From NCBI RefSeq assembly GCF_009914755.1, contig NC_060932.1: a stretch of DNA of 64,000 nucleotides; one strand, written 5' to 3'. Under the pieces are notes generated by a model. The model saw only the letters and a list, made by a program, of their open reading frames with translations, had not been told where the DNA came from and searched no databases. The stretch is from the human T2T-CHM13v2.0 reference genome, Homo sapiens. Shown here piece after piece: positions 37,617-58,919 of this stretch (within the stretch, counting starts at the first letter, position 1; each line of letters opens with the position of its first letter). The position numbers and the translations under genes were made by a program.

Positions 37617-37815
37617 AGCTGGGCATGGTAGCAGGTGCCTGCAATCCCAGCTACTTGGGAGGCTGAGGCAGGAGAATCTCTTGAACCCAGGAGACGGAGG
37701 TTGCGGTGAGCTGTGATTGCACTACTGCACTCCAGCCTGGACGACAGAGCAAAACTCCATCTCAAAAAATGGTAATAATAAATAAATAAATAAATAAATA
37801 ATAAATAAATAAATA
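37617..37815 (+). mobile_element. 5'-truncated Alu (right arm) with (TAAA)n tail
   Basis: Alu right monomer; imperfect TSD AACAG(A/G)TATGT. Confidence 0.85.
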
Positions 37816-38883
37816 AAACAGGTATGTGGACTCCAAGATTTTTGAAACAATCATTATTCTAAGTAGTAAAAGTGCTGATTACAAATTATTCTAACCTCGT
37901 CTTTAAAGTCAGAGCCCTAAGGACTGCCAGGAGTAACGTGATGTCAGCCTTTGGATGCTTTTCGAAAGGCTCTAACTTGAACTTAAGAACAAACCCAGAC
38001 AGACTGTCCCCCAAACAGTCTCAATGCATGATGTGTGACTGTGGGCTCAGATCAATAAGGTTTGGGGAATTCCTGGGGCCAACTACATTCTTTCCTGGAA
38101 ACATGATTATTTCTTTAATCTGAGTCCTGTGAACATCATAGCTCAGAAGTTTTAGCTTGTTCCCAGAGGGGCTGATCTCTGCCGGTAAAGACAGCAGGTA
38201 GAGAAGCTAGGGGTCCTAAAGTCAAGAATATCTCTTCTGTGATTTCCACCAATTGGAGATTTAGTGGGACACCTCCCTTTTCTTTGTGAACAAACATGTT
38301 ATAACAAAATTTAACTGAAAGCTTAATGGAAGATTCTATCCATTACTTTCTCCATTGAAGTGGAAGTGAACTCCCTTCATTTAGTAGGAAGACATCCTGT
38401 CCCAGCTCTGGAAATTGTGGCAATAATAATGGTAGCCAACAATTATTGAGTGATAGCCCATGCAGGTGCTGTTCTAGGCACCTTACTTGTAATGACTGAT
38501 TTAACACTTACAATCATCCATGAGTTAGGTGTTTCGATTAGCTGCAATCCACAAATCCGGAAATGGATGCCAGAGATGTTCAGTAACTTGTACAAGGGCA
38601 TGTAGGTACTAAGGGAGCAGAATCATGACTGGAAGCCAGGTACTCACCCTGGGGTCTCTACCCTTAATACATGGATCCCTCCACCCCTCAAGATCCCAGA
38701 GCACATCTAAGCACTCACAGCAGAATCAGTGACACCGCTGTGTTTGTAAAAGGAGAAGTTGAGCTTGCTGCTCAAGAATAGAAAATTGTGACTCAAGGAG
38801 ATGGGAAATAAGGAAACGGGAAATTTTAAAAAGGAGAGGAAATATCAATCTGCTTTGTCCAAGATGGCTACTCTTTTTAAAAA

Positions 38884-39229
38884 TGAAGGGTGTCCAGGTT
38901 CTTGGCATCTTAAACAAAGAATTGGATAAAACACACAAACAAAGCAAAGAAGGAATGAAGGGACTTATTGAAAATGAAAGTACACTCCACAGTGTGGGAG
39001 CGGGCCTGCGCATAGGGGCTCACAGGCCCCATTACAGAATTTTCGAGAGTTTAAATACCCGCTAGAGGATTCCACTGGTTACTTTGGGTACGCCCTACGT
39101 AAATGGAGAGGATGAAGTAAAGTTACAGTCATTTATGGTGTACACCCTACGGAGAGGATATTTCCTGTTACAGCTGAAGTGTGAATTGGCCTTATGTTCC
39201 CTGCCTCCAGACTCTATTTTCCTGCCTCA
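38884..39229 (-). mobile_element. ERV1 solo LTR, MER61-like
   Basis: Minus strand starts TGAGGCAGGAAAATAGAGTCTGGAGGCAGGGAACATAAGGCC and ends CAAGAACCTGGACACCCTTCA; has an AATAAG/TATTTAAA region. Confidence 0.65.
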
Positions 39230-39868
39230 CCCTCACATGCCTATTCTTCCTTTGGTTCCTTCTTTATCTTTGCTTCAGGTACAGATGGTCTAATGTTGTC
39301 TAAGCCTATCATTTTCATTGAGTTGTAAGGATAAAGAATGCAGCGTGTATACATATAGTCAATGAGAATCCTGTAGTTAAAATTTGGCCTTTCAAGGGTC
39401 TTAGTTACTTTTGAGAACAGAAGGGAGGCAAATGTAATTCCATTTTCTTCCTACATTAGCTCCCCGGGAGTGCTGTGGTCCCATTGATGGATCCATAAGG
39501 TCAACATTCCCTCCACCCCTCAAGATGCCAGAACACATCTAAGCATTTATGGTAGAATCAGTGATGCCACTTGCTTGCTTGGTTGATCCCTTCCTCAGAC
39601 ACACAGCCTGTGCTGTGATGGGTGTGGGTATTCACACCTGTCTCCAGCAGAGCTGAGGGACAGGAACTACGTTGGGCAGGAAGAATTCTTCCTCTTGAGT
39701 GGTGGGTTGACCTCAGCCACCAATGGGAGGAGAGAATCTGCTGTAAGATGAGGAAAGGTCAGGGTTCTGATCTGGCCTAAGATTCCTGAGAGATGATTTT
39801 TGATGTGATAATAAAATATTGAGCCTAAATCATGTTCCTAAATTTGTCACTTATAAATAAACACATGA

Positions 39869-46377
<6,509 letters not shown>

Positions 46378-46515
46378 AAATAAACACATGAATGTAAAAA
46401 TGTTCATTTGAGGTCCTAAAAATAAATCTGCATATAGTTTTGCTTATTCACCCAGATGTTGATCCAGCACAAAAATATTTTCTTTAAAAAGGAACGCAAC
46501 TGCATTTTGGCATAT

Positions 46516-47012
46516 GTGGTAGACTGAACGACGGCCCCCAAAGATGTCCACATCCAAGTCCCTGAAACCTGTGAATACGTTAACTTGCACAGGAAGACAA
46601 ACTTTGCAGACGTGATTACATTAAGAATATTGAGATGGAAGGAAAAATTCCCCTAAATTATTCACATGGTCCCAGTGTAATCACAGGATCTTTTTAAGTG
46701 GAAGAGAAAAGCAGAGTAAAATACACAGAGGATGGCAGCCTGAGAAGGACTCAATCTGCTGTTGCTGCCTTTGAAGATGGATGAAGAGGGCCATCGGCCA
46801 AGGAACTCGGGAAGCTTCTAGAATCGGGGAAAGGCAGGGGAAAGGATTCTCCCCAACAGCCTCCAGAAGGAACACACCCCTGAGGAAACCTTAATTTTAG
46901 CCCAATGAAACTGATTTCAGACTTCTGACCTCAAGAACAATAGGATAATAAATTGTATTTTTAAGCTACTGGCTTTCTGAAACATTGTTATAGCCACCAG
47001 AGGGGAACTAAT
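46516..47012 (+). mobile_element. MLT1D-like MaLR LTR
   Basis: TGTGGTAGACTGAA...CCCCCAAAGATGTCCAC...CCTCCAGAAGGAAC...GACTTCTGACCTC. Confidence 0.75.
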
Positions 47013-48526
47013 TTGGTATGATTCAGAGCTACACAGAATCCACAGTAGTCCCATAAATTTTAGAGTTTTTTCCTACCAATGTTATGAAATACAAAACAAT
47101 TTCAGCTTGTCACTACAAACAATATTCTGTGGATACTAAAGCTAAACCACAGGAAGCGATGTCAGGGAAGAGCAACTAGAAAATTTATGACTTGGAGTCC
47201 TATACCCCATTCATTGTCAAGCTTAATTAATTATAAACTTGTTTTCACCCCAGTCTTCACCCTGACCAGTTACTGGTGTTTGTAGGTAAACAATCATAAA
47301 TTTGTATTTTTCATTAAATTGCTTGAATTTCTGAGTCGTGGAGGGACGGGATTCAGCTAAGAATTTATGTATCAACACTTGTTATCAAGTTACAGGTGTT
47401 ACTCATATTAACAAATAGAACTTTAATTTGTTGACGGTTCTCCTGGTCCACAGCTTGCCCCCAACTCATCACTTTCTAAGAGATATTTAGAAAGGCACAA
47501 AACAGAAACTTGACAGTGACTGCTCTGAAGCAAAGGAGCATTTTCCTGAGTGCTGCAGACCAGCTACAACAAAGAAAAGACGGCCAGACAAAGGCACAAA
47601 GCTTCCTGCGGCAGTGACAAGGCTTGAGGAGTGTGGGTTTTCAAAAAGGGAGGGAAAAAACAACAACAACAAAAAATAGAATGGGAAGCTCTGTGAGATC
47701 CTACAGTAAATTCCAGTTTATCCAGAATAATTGAAAGCAGGGAGATTAGCATAAGAATGTGGCAGAATACATGAATTGTCAGTTTGCAAAGTAGCAGAAT
47801 AGAATAACATAGCCCTTAATATGAAAATGGTTCTAAGTTTAATTTAATCTCTTTGATGATTTGGAAGTCACCTCAGGATGCTACAATATTTCCTTTCTGT
47901 GATCATGAATATTAATCATCAGGACTTAGCACTCTAGGAAACAGTTTAAGAAATTCAAGCTTTCCTTTGCAGTCTTCTTAAGAGCCATGAGTGTCTGAGC
48001 ATTTTGTAAGGAATGGGTGTCCTTACAATTATAGCCTGGAAACACTGTGGGCCTGTGAATGGACTGAGGTGCTTTACAGTGAAGAAAATGCCTCTGGGAG
48101 GCTGAGGCACCTTCCTTTTATTTATTTCATTTCATTTCATTTATTTATTTATTTTTCCAAAGGACATTGCCCCAAAGCACCTTCCTTTTAATGATCACTT
48201 TTTACATTCCTTAGCAAATGTGGTGGAGTGAAGTCAACAGGGGCTGGGTGGGGGTCAATTCATACCTTCTGCATATTCTCTGCAATTCTCTCTGTCTCTT
48301 TCACAAACTGGATTCCACAGAAAAGGGACAGTGTCCATTTTCCACCCTATACTATTTGTTCAGGGCTGAGTTCTTAGCAGGGAGTGTTGATTTCATCAGC
48401 CCACGAAGACTAAATGTTCCTCCCTGCCTCAGCGTCTGCATCTTCATCAGTACTGATCACAAAACCATTGACCAACAGCAGCCAGGACGACTGGGCAAAA
48501 GTGTTGAGCAGGAGCTAACATGGTGC

Positions 48527-48915
48527 TGTAAACCAAAAAATAAAATTCTAAGGCTCCCCCAATCATCTGAATGAACCACTCCTCTCAGCCAAGGGCATTC
48601 TAAAGTTAATCTGAAAAACATGCTCAGGCCATGATGGAAGGGGTGTTGGAGATGCCTCATTATACCCTCCTTCCTCTTGGAATTCAGGAAAAGCCCACCA
48701 GCATTAACAGCAACACAGATTTTACATCTGATAAGAAACATTTCCAAGCTATTTTCTCTGAAGCCTGCTACTTAAGAGTCTTCATCTGTATGGTAAAACC
48801 TTGGTCTCCACAACCACTAATCATAATCTAGACATTCCTTTTTATTGATCGTAACTCTTACAACCAATTGCCAATCAGAACATTTTTAAATGCACCTATG
48901 ACCCGGGAGTCCCAC
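48527..48915 (+). mobile_element. ERV1 (MER4-group, MER31-like) LTR fragment
   Basis: TGTAAACCAAAAAATAAAATTCTAAGG start; 3' end not seen; family assignment tentative. Confidence 0.55.
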
Positions 48916-49065
48916 TAGTCTAGTTTTTCAAGAGATGCCGACCAGTGTGGATTTTTATGTGCAGTCTCCCCACACTGTAATGCAGTTTAAACTGTTCAAA
49001 CATGCAGGGTGGGCCAAATGAAGTGTCCTGGTGACTCACCAGTTTGCAACCTCTGCACCGTGCTA

Positions 49066-49527
<462 letters not shown>

Positions 49528-51736
49528 TCAGCTGCAGATAGAAAAGAAAACATATATAATTTGTAGAGCTGCTCTTTAGGGCTGCATTTTATAATTTGTA
49601 ATTGTTCCTTTGGGAAGAAGAAAAAACAAACAAATAAACTCTATACGAGTCCAGTAACACTGTCTAGGTTTTGCAACACACTGGTCAGCCAAACAAAATA
49701 ATAGAAAGATAGGCCAGTAGAGGATGCACAGCAGAATTATCACTGACCAGAAAATGAATACTTCTTTTATACAGAGCCATCCTGAAAGCAAAAGGTTCAG
49801 AGAGAGCGTGAGGTAGAGGGAAATGAGGGCAGGGAGAGAGGGAGAATTAATTGCTTAGTTAATTTTGACATCAATTTGCCAGAGGTTGAGCTTAAATTTA
49901 AGAAGGCTGGGGTTCTGATAGCTAATCCAAGTATTAGCAGGGAAAATTAAAGGAAAGGAGGAAGAGAGAGACCAAGGGAAAGAATTTAGCAGGTTTTATT
50001 GCTAGAATATTTCCAAGTAAAATGCTGCTTGGATACCTTCTGAATATTATAAACACAGACATAAAGACAGAAAATGGAAGCAAACCTAATACCACCAAAC
50101 TCCAACATGCTAGTTCAGGGATTTAAACGCATGGAATAAATCACTGACAATGTTGGGTTTTGATAGTAAAGATGATGCTTCATAAAGTTATGTCATGATT
50201 TTGGCTTATAAAATAGGTCAAATGTTTCTCTTTAAAATACAAATAACTTTGCATTTTCTTATCATGGCAGTAGCACATAGTTATAGTAACATAGTAAAAG
50301 AGTGATACATAGGGAAAAAAAGCAGTATCACTTCAAATACTAACCCTGAGAGATAACAATTGCTAGCATGTTGATATGTGTTCTTCCAGACTTTTCGTAT
50401 GTGTACTTAAATATGCTGTTAATATATGTTTCCATAACAAGAATGCACACCTTTTTGTTACCTATTTTTAAACTTAACATGGTGTGGAAAATAAAGGTAA
50501 CTTTTACTAGGTGGGGAAATACCTGTAATTATTATTGGCCTTGGGGGAAAATGCCACTTTTATATTTAAAGCTACTCCCTTAAAGAATGATTTATTTTCC
50601 TGAGTATAGAAAGCACCATTTCTTCAAAACCAAACTGAAGTTATTTTCTCAATGTATAAAAAGTGCTTCTCATTTATAGTGCTTTTGCACTAGAGACAAA
50701 CTGCCTCAACATTTGGCTCTCAATTACCAGTGTGTTTCTGGTTCTGTGGATGCAGAATAAGATGTGGCCCCTTTTCCCTAAGGGCACCTAGCTGTGTGTG
50801 CAGGGGATGGTGGTAACAGTGAGGGGACGATATGACAGATATGCTACAGAATAGAGAGTGGATTTGGTGAAAGTACCTGGAAAAATGCCCAACCCAAAGG
50901 GGGCATGGGTGCTCTCAGGGAAGCTTTCTTGGAGGAGGTGATATACGAGATTAGTTCCTAATTCCCAAGGTATATGATTGAAGTGTGGTCAAGATAAACC
51001 CCATCTCAAAAAAAAGTTCTGCACTTGTATTTTGCATTTTTCGTCTATTGGAAAAAAAAACCTGAAAGCAAAGCTTAGAAAAATTACAGAATACCTGAAA
51101 GACAGCATATCCCCATTTTAATGATTGCCAATCTTCTTTGCGATTTCACGCATTCTGGGGTTTGTTTCTGTCTCCCTCCTGCTACACAGTCAGGCCCTTG
51201 AGGCAGAGTCTCCACTGGGGTTGCTTCGTCTTCCTAGAGCCCACCGCAAATGGCATTTGGTGAATGAATGAATGAAGGCATGACTGAGAAAAATGACTGA
51301 TAGGAAGGTAACTACAAAGTGGAAACATGGAATAATTTTGGAAAAGGAGGCTCACTGCCAGAAGCACGGGGGCTTGGTTTTCAGAACGCTATTTTACACA
51401 CTGAAAACTATCTGGTGGTTAAGACTTGAGCTTAGGATCTCTTATATTGAATTTAGTGAGGCCTGTCTGGTGGCCTCACTAAAAATAAACTTCTACGGGG
51501 TGGTGTTTGTATCTCACGCTACTCAAACTGCTTGCATAATACTCATGGTTCAGATAATGACCAGCAATCCTCATTCATTGCCAAGTTTATTGATTTTGTT
51601 TTCTGACTTCTGCACTGGAGGCAAAACCTGCCCTGCTCATATGCAGGTGTCCAAAGTGATGGGAGTATGGGGCACTTCACCTATGAGTATGGCCAACTGC
51701 TGTAGGAAGGAACTTACTTTTTGGGTTCCCCCTGCC

Positions 51737-52010
51737 TTTTTTTTTTTTTTTAAGACTCTGTCACTCAGGCTGCAATGTGCTGGTGCAATCATGGCCCACT
51801 GCAGCCTCAAACTCTTGAGTTTAAGCAATCCTCCTGCCTCAGCCTCCCAAATAGCTGGTATTACAGGTGTGTACCACCATGCCTGGCTAAATTTTTTATT
51901 TTTTGTAGAGATGGGGGTCTCACTTTGTTGCCTAGCCTGGTCTCAGACTCCTGGGCTCATGCCGTCTTCCAAATTGCTGGGATTGCAGGCATGAGCCACC
52001 ACGCTTGGCC
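51737..52010 (-). mobile_element. AluJ-like element
   Basis: T-tail and Alu arms. Confidence 0.85.
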
Positions 52011-54935
52011 CAGAGTTCCCTCTTTAGGCAGAATCAAGCAAACACCATTTTATGCAAAAGCAAAATTCAACTGCAACTCAAATGGAGAACAAATGGAATT
52101 TATAAATTGAACAGTCTAATATCTTTCACTTCCCTCTGTGTCCTTTTTTTCCCCTGGAGATTAAAAAAACAGAGTTACAGAGGCTGGTTTGTATTAGAAT
52201 TGTAAAGCTGTCATTTAGTTGCTAAGTTGGCAATTTGCCTGAGGCCAGAATTCAGAAACATCCGGTAATACATAATACCCGGCTTTCTAGAGCTCTGAGA
52301 CATTTTATGGAATTTACAAGTAATTTCAAGTTTTCCTTTTGGGGAGTTCTTTAGAATATATCTCTTTGGTGTGGTTTTCAATCAAATCACCATTTTTACA
52401 GTTTGTGCAAATTGCTGCTTGCCTGGCCTTGGGGAAAAATGCCATTCTGATATTTAAATCTACTCTCTTAAAGAATGATTTATGTCTCCAATGTATAAAG
52501 CACTGTTTCTTCACAACCAAACTTAAGTGCCTTTCCCAGTGTTTAAAAAGTGCTTCAAATTTATTAGCTGCTTTTGCACTAGAAACAAATTGCCTCAACA
52601 TTTTAGCTAAGTCTCCCACTGAGACTGATCTGTGTGCAGCTATTTTTTGGTAAACAGTAATTAAACCACATTTACAAATTCATCAGCACAGAAAGGCCAT
52701 AACACAAACAAGTCAGAAAAGCATGGAATAAGTTATTGGGAAAACGAGTGTTCACAATTAAGCCTAGAATTCATCTACAAACACTTTACTAAGTATGAGG
52801 ACTAAACTTGAGACACCATCTGGACTTGGTTAGATGGTACAACACAAATCTTAGGGGACATTTGACAGAGTTTCATTCCTTAGGTGGTGAGGAGGAAGAC
52901 AGAGGGAAGCCTGACAATACCTTTTTCTTTGGGAAGACAGGAATTTCTGCCCGTTTGAGTCGAAGGGATGGGGCAGGATAACATTAGGGAAATGCTACAG
53001 TAATTGGCAGTTAAGAGAAAAACAGTTTGGAGACAAAAGTTGCACCTTGGGTCAAATCGTTTTCATAACTCCAGTCAGTCATTAAAACATTTATTTTGTG
53101 CTAGTTGAACATAGGTATGACAGGCTGTCTTTTAATAATTTTTTCTCTATTAAGTTAATTGCAGTATTATTTCACCGTCGCCATTTACATTTACTTTTCA
53201 GGTATCAGAGACTTATTGCTTTAAGTAGCAAATTACCTAAATTATGAACACATATTTTCAAAACACAAAATTGAGTTCAAAATTACCAAGTGTATATATA
53301 CTGTGCAGAAGATTAAAAAAACTGAATTAGCATATATTTCTTTTCTAAAGTTCCTATGAAGAACTTACACTCTCCTATACTATCAATCCATTCTGTATAT
53401 TTAAAATAACATTTGTTTTTATTTAAATAGTCAAAAATATAATGGCTTACACTTTTGTAAGACTAACCAATAAAAAAAGGACTCCAATTTTAAACCAATC
53501 CCTGAAACCAAAGCATCAAATATTTTAATATTAGTTCAATATTTCTACATAGCACAATAAGGTTTTCGCAAACAGTAACTCAAAGTTTTGTCTTTATTTT
53601 TAATCACGGGAATGGCCTACAATTCAGATAAGCCCACAAATTCATACTATCTTATAAACAGCAGTAACATTAATATAAACAATGTTAATTCAGTTATCTT
53701 AGGGGCCTTACCATATCATTAACCTATTTACAGAACAAAAATGTTTCTATGAAAGCTAATATATCTTTTCATGTTTGTTTGTTGTTAAGTGTGCTACAAC
53801 AGAAATAGAGGTAGAATCACATTTTTCTTAAGTAACACTCTATAAGCCAATTCTACACAATTAAGGCATTTTTGCAATCTAAAATAGTAATGCTAATACT
53901 GCTTCAGTAAACTAGATTTACTAATTTAAGAATCCTAAGAAATTACGTATATGTGACTTTCAGACATCCATGTTAAACTACCAACTAATCAAGTTGTGGA
54001 ACTGTTGTTCTCTGCTCACACTTAACATTCTTGAATGACCATAAAGTGGATAATGCTAAAATTTTTTCTAATCACAGTTTTTCTTATAAGTGACTATATG
54101 ATATTTTACCATTTCTAAGAGGAAAAAATGAGACCTACTTGGCAGTCTGCATAGGCTGGTGGAAACTATAATCAGAGTGTAAAGACAAATCTTCAAGTGA
54201 CTCAAAAAAGTTTGTAGATAACTCAGAATATAATCTGTTGGGAACTATGACACGTTGGCCTCCTGGATGTCCTGTTGGATGAACACTGGAAAAACACTAG
54301 AATAAAAATGCTTGGCTTCAAAGCCTGGCTCTATTGTTTACTAGCTGGTGGGTAATTCACTTAACATTTTGGTTCTCCTCAGTTTTCTCATCTGTAAAAT
54401 GAGTTTAATGATATGAGTTCATCTCTTATTGATTCCATGTGAGAGTTAAATGAGACAGTCAAACATGTAAAGCTCTGGCATTCAGTCAGGGCCAGACGCT
54501 GCCATAAATGAAAATGATGCCTTATCCTAGATGATCTTTCATGTGACATCCTATTAAACTTTCACAACCTGTGTGATAGGCAGGCAGGCTTTCTCTATCT
54601 CATAAGCAAATAAATGAAAACTCAGAGAGGCTAGGTGACTTATTCCAGGTGACACTGCTTGTGAATGAGAGAGCCTAACTGTGAGTGTGGGCTGCTGCTT
54701 GGTTGCCCAGTGGTTTTAGCCCTATGCTCTACTAGCCCCAAGGACAAAGCATTTATAGAGATTAAGACAACAATCCATAAAAAGTCAGAAAGAAGTAGTG
54801 AAGAAGAAGGAGACAACCTCCTTTTGGAACTCATTTATTCCACAAACAGGCACTAAGTGTCTACTGGGGGTGAGGCACTCCTAGGCACTGCGGAATTCAG
54901 CAGGGAGCAAACAGGCAAAGCCCCTGTTTTCATGG

Positions 54936-55679
54936 TGATGTGGACAGGAGGCAGGGAAATACTGGGTAGAAGAGGGTGGTTCCCTGGCAAAGGCCCCACC
55001 CTCAAGCCTGGAAACCATGACCCTAAATAAGAACAGTTATCCCTGTTTTCCCACCCAAATGTTACATTTTTGGCCTGCACTGCTGCCCATCCTGTGCCTA
55101 TATAAACCCCAGATCTCAGCTGGCAGAGAGACAAGCGGCTGAACATCAAGGGAGAAGAAGCAACTGAGCATCACAGACTGTGGATAGACATGGCTTAACT
55201 TCAGACAGCATGACTTCAGAGAGAAGCCTGGCCAGAGATGGTGGGCTCCGAGGAAAGATCACCTTCTTCCTGCACCATCCCCTTTCCAGCTTCCCTTCTG
55301 GTGAGAGCTGCTTCTACTGCTTAATAAAATCCTCCACATTTATCACCTTTCAAACTGTTCATGTGACCTGATTCTTCCTGGATGCCAAACAAGAACCCGG
55401 GTACCAAGAGGGCAGGGTGTAAAAGGCTGTCACCCTGACTCTCCACTGAGCTGGTTAACACTTAGCCATCCGCAGACAGCAACTGCTAAAAGAGCATTAA
55501 TTGTAACACACCACTAGACACTGCTGTGGGGCTGGAGCCCAAAAAGGCTCACTTCGGCCCCACACCTTCTTGCCTGCATGCTCCCCATCTCACAAGGGGT
55601 TTGAGCATGGCGTCCAAGTAAGCAAGCCACACCCCTGTTGCAAGTCCCACAGAGGGGTCAAGGGAGCTCTCCCATCTCC
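54936..55679 (+). mobile_element. MER50-like ERV1 solo LTR inserted in an L2 relic
   Basis: TGATGTGGACAGGAGGCAGGGAAATACTGGG start; TATAAA near 55101; AATAAA at 55323; 4-bp imperfect TSD ATGG/GTGG. The paralogous segment near 60760 shows the empty site. Confidence 0.75.
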
Positions 55680-57780
55680 GTGGCACTTATAGTCTAGTGG
55701 CAATAGACACACAATACATAAAATAAGTAAGTGAAATGATAGATGAAGACGTGCCATGGAGAAGAGTAAAGAAGAGAAGGGAGTTGTGGAATGCCTGCAG
55801 TGGGTGAACGGGTGTTGGAATTTTGAATAAGAAGCCAGGGAAAGCCCCACTGAGAAAGCAACACTGGGAAAAGACCAGAGAAAGTGAGGCAGGTCGCCAT
55901 GGAGATAACTGTAAGAAGACTCTTTGAAGAGCAAGAACAGTGAATGAGAGGGGTCTAAGCTGGGAGGCAAGCCTAGCAAGATCCAGGATGTGGCTGGAGT
56001 GGAGGGCATGAGGTGGGGGAGGAGATGACATCAGCACCATCATGAGGGACCAGGTGATGTGGAACCTGGAGGTGACTGTAGGGACTTTCTGCTTTCCCTC
56101 TGACTGAAGCTGAGCCAGTGTAGGGTTTTTATCAGAAATGTGATAAAGCTGATTTATATCCTAACAGGACCACTCTGGCTGCTGTGTTGAGAGTAAGCTA
56201 AAGAGGAAAAGGGCAGAGCCAGGAAGACCAGGTATGATGTCCATGCAATGATCCAGGCAAGAGGTGATGGTGGTGGGAACCAGGGTGGTATCAGCAGAAA
56301 AGGGGCACCTGGTTGTATTCCGGGTACTGCTTGAAGGTAGAGCCAACAGGCTTGGTTGATGGTTCATATGTAAGATGTGAAAAAAGAGAACAGTGCAGCA
56401 TAGCTCCAAGGTTTGGGCCTAAGAAACTATAAGGATAAAGTTAACATTTATAGAAATGGGGAAAATGCAAGAGAAGCAGGGCTTTTGGATGAGGCATGAA
56501 TATCATTATTTAGTTGTATACGTGTTAACCCTGAGATGCCTATTACACATCAGTTGGAGATGTCAAGCAGGCAGTTGAATATATAAGTCTATAGGTAGAG
56601 GAAGAGGTTCAGTGAGGCGATATAAATTTGGTAGTCATCAGTATATAGATAGAGTTTACAGCCAAGGACTGAATGAGTGCACCAGGGACGTGAATGTGGA
56701 TAGAAAAGCACCAAGGAAGTGAATGTGTATACTGTTTCTACGCAAACACCAGATGACAGCACCAAAGAAGTCAATGTAGATCAAGGACTGAGCCTTTGAT
56801 CACATGGCATTTAGGCTCTGGGAGATGAGAAGGAGCCAGTAAAGGAGAACAAAAAGGAATGACCAGCGAAGTAGGCAGACAAACACAAGGAAGCTAAAAC
56901 CATGCCCTCTTCAGTGTTGTGTCCTTCATGCCCAGTTCAAGACTGGACATTGAAAGGTCTCAATATAACGAAACAAGTAAGAATTGGAGCTCTTGGTATT
57001 TTCTCTGAATCTTGTGCTCTCTTCAACCCCAACTTTCCTCATCTCAGTGAAGAATACCATCTTCCACCCAACTGCTCTCTCTAAAGCACTGAGGCTCATC
57101 TGAGATTTCTTCCATTTTTGTTCCATCAGCAAGCTGTTGGATCTGCATCCAAAATTTGTCTTAAATCCATTCACTTCTTGCCGTTTCCATTGTCAGCACC
57201 TCAATACAAACTATTATCTCCTACCTGATCTTCTACAACAACTCTCCTCACTGAAATCTTACTTTTCACTCATCTTCCCACTCCCTACTCCTTGCCCCAA
57301 TCTATTCTCTACTCAGCCTCCAAGAGTAATGAGTAACCTTTTATAAAATATTTTCATTTTTTAGAGACAGGTTCTCGCAATGTCACCCAAGCTGGAGTGC
57401 AGTACCTATTCACAGGCAAGATTGTGGTGCACTAGCATGCTACAACCTCAATTTCTGGATCAAGGAATTCTCCTGCCTCAGCCTCCTATGTAGCTGCGAC
57501 TACAGATGCACATTACCATGCCCAGCATAAAAGTATCTTCTTAAAAACACTTATCAGACTATGTCAATCCTTTGCTTAAAGTTCTATGAAGTCTTCTCAT
57601 GCACTTAGAATAAAGTTAGAATTCCCTCTTTGGCTCACAAGGCTCTGCGTGAGCTGGCCCTGGGCCATCTCTGACTTACCTCTCAGTTCTCTCTCTGCTC
57701 CAGGCACCTTGGCCTCCTGGATGTCCCATCTTTTACCTCTTAAGGGCCTTTGCTTTGATCCTGCATTTCCTTATGTGACT
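55680..57780. mobile_element. L2 relics (opposite orientations, switching near 56900), with an Alu monomer at ~57355-57527
   Basis: L2-type motifs (TCCAGGCAAGAGGTGATGGTGG, GAGATGCCTATTA, TATAAATTTGGTAGTCATCAG). Confidence 0.55.
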
Positions 57781-58422
57781 GCGCACCCTTTTCTATTAGA
57801 CACTGGCATCCTGTTATTCAGTAGTTTACACTGGGAAGGGGAATGTGAAATCTCTCAACTTATTTTGGGTCACACCCAGTCTCCTAGAGATCAAAAAATA
57901 AATCTGGAGTTGATATTGACTGCAGATGAAAAAGGTAAAATATATCCAAAGAGAAGACACCAAATCACCAACAAGGAACTACTATCAGGAATCTAAAATA
58001 AGAACTTAAGTTTCCACTAAAAAAGAAAAATCAAGGAATGACAACTAAAAATGACGCCACAGCAAGAGGAAATGGTGGCTAGTGAACAGGCTTTCAGGAT
58101 GAGCACGTTCCCTTCTTTACTTTGTGTATTCGTGGAGGGAAAGATTTGCAGCTTTGCATTTCTGCGATTCCTCATAAGGTTCTGAAAGCTCCATGACTTA
58201 ATTCCTCAGAGCCCAGAGTTAGATTTTCCAGGGCAAAGGACACAACTTATCCTGGACAGCCTGATTAACTTCAGAGGAAAAGCCTCAATGCAAACTGCAC
58301 CAAAGTCTCCTAAAATGGAATTTGCAAGAATCGAGCAGCTAAAGACAAGCTTGGCTGCAACAAGGAACCCAGTAACCACAGGGATTCCTGAAAGAGACCA
58401 GTTTCATTAAAATGTTTGCCTA

Positions 58423-58919
<497 letters not shown>

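Noticed and set aside
51293-51994. 233-aa plus-strand ORF
   Set aside because: Ends in an antisense Alu, has no recognisable domain and is likely chance.
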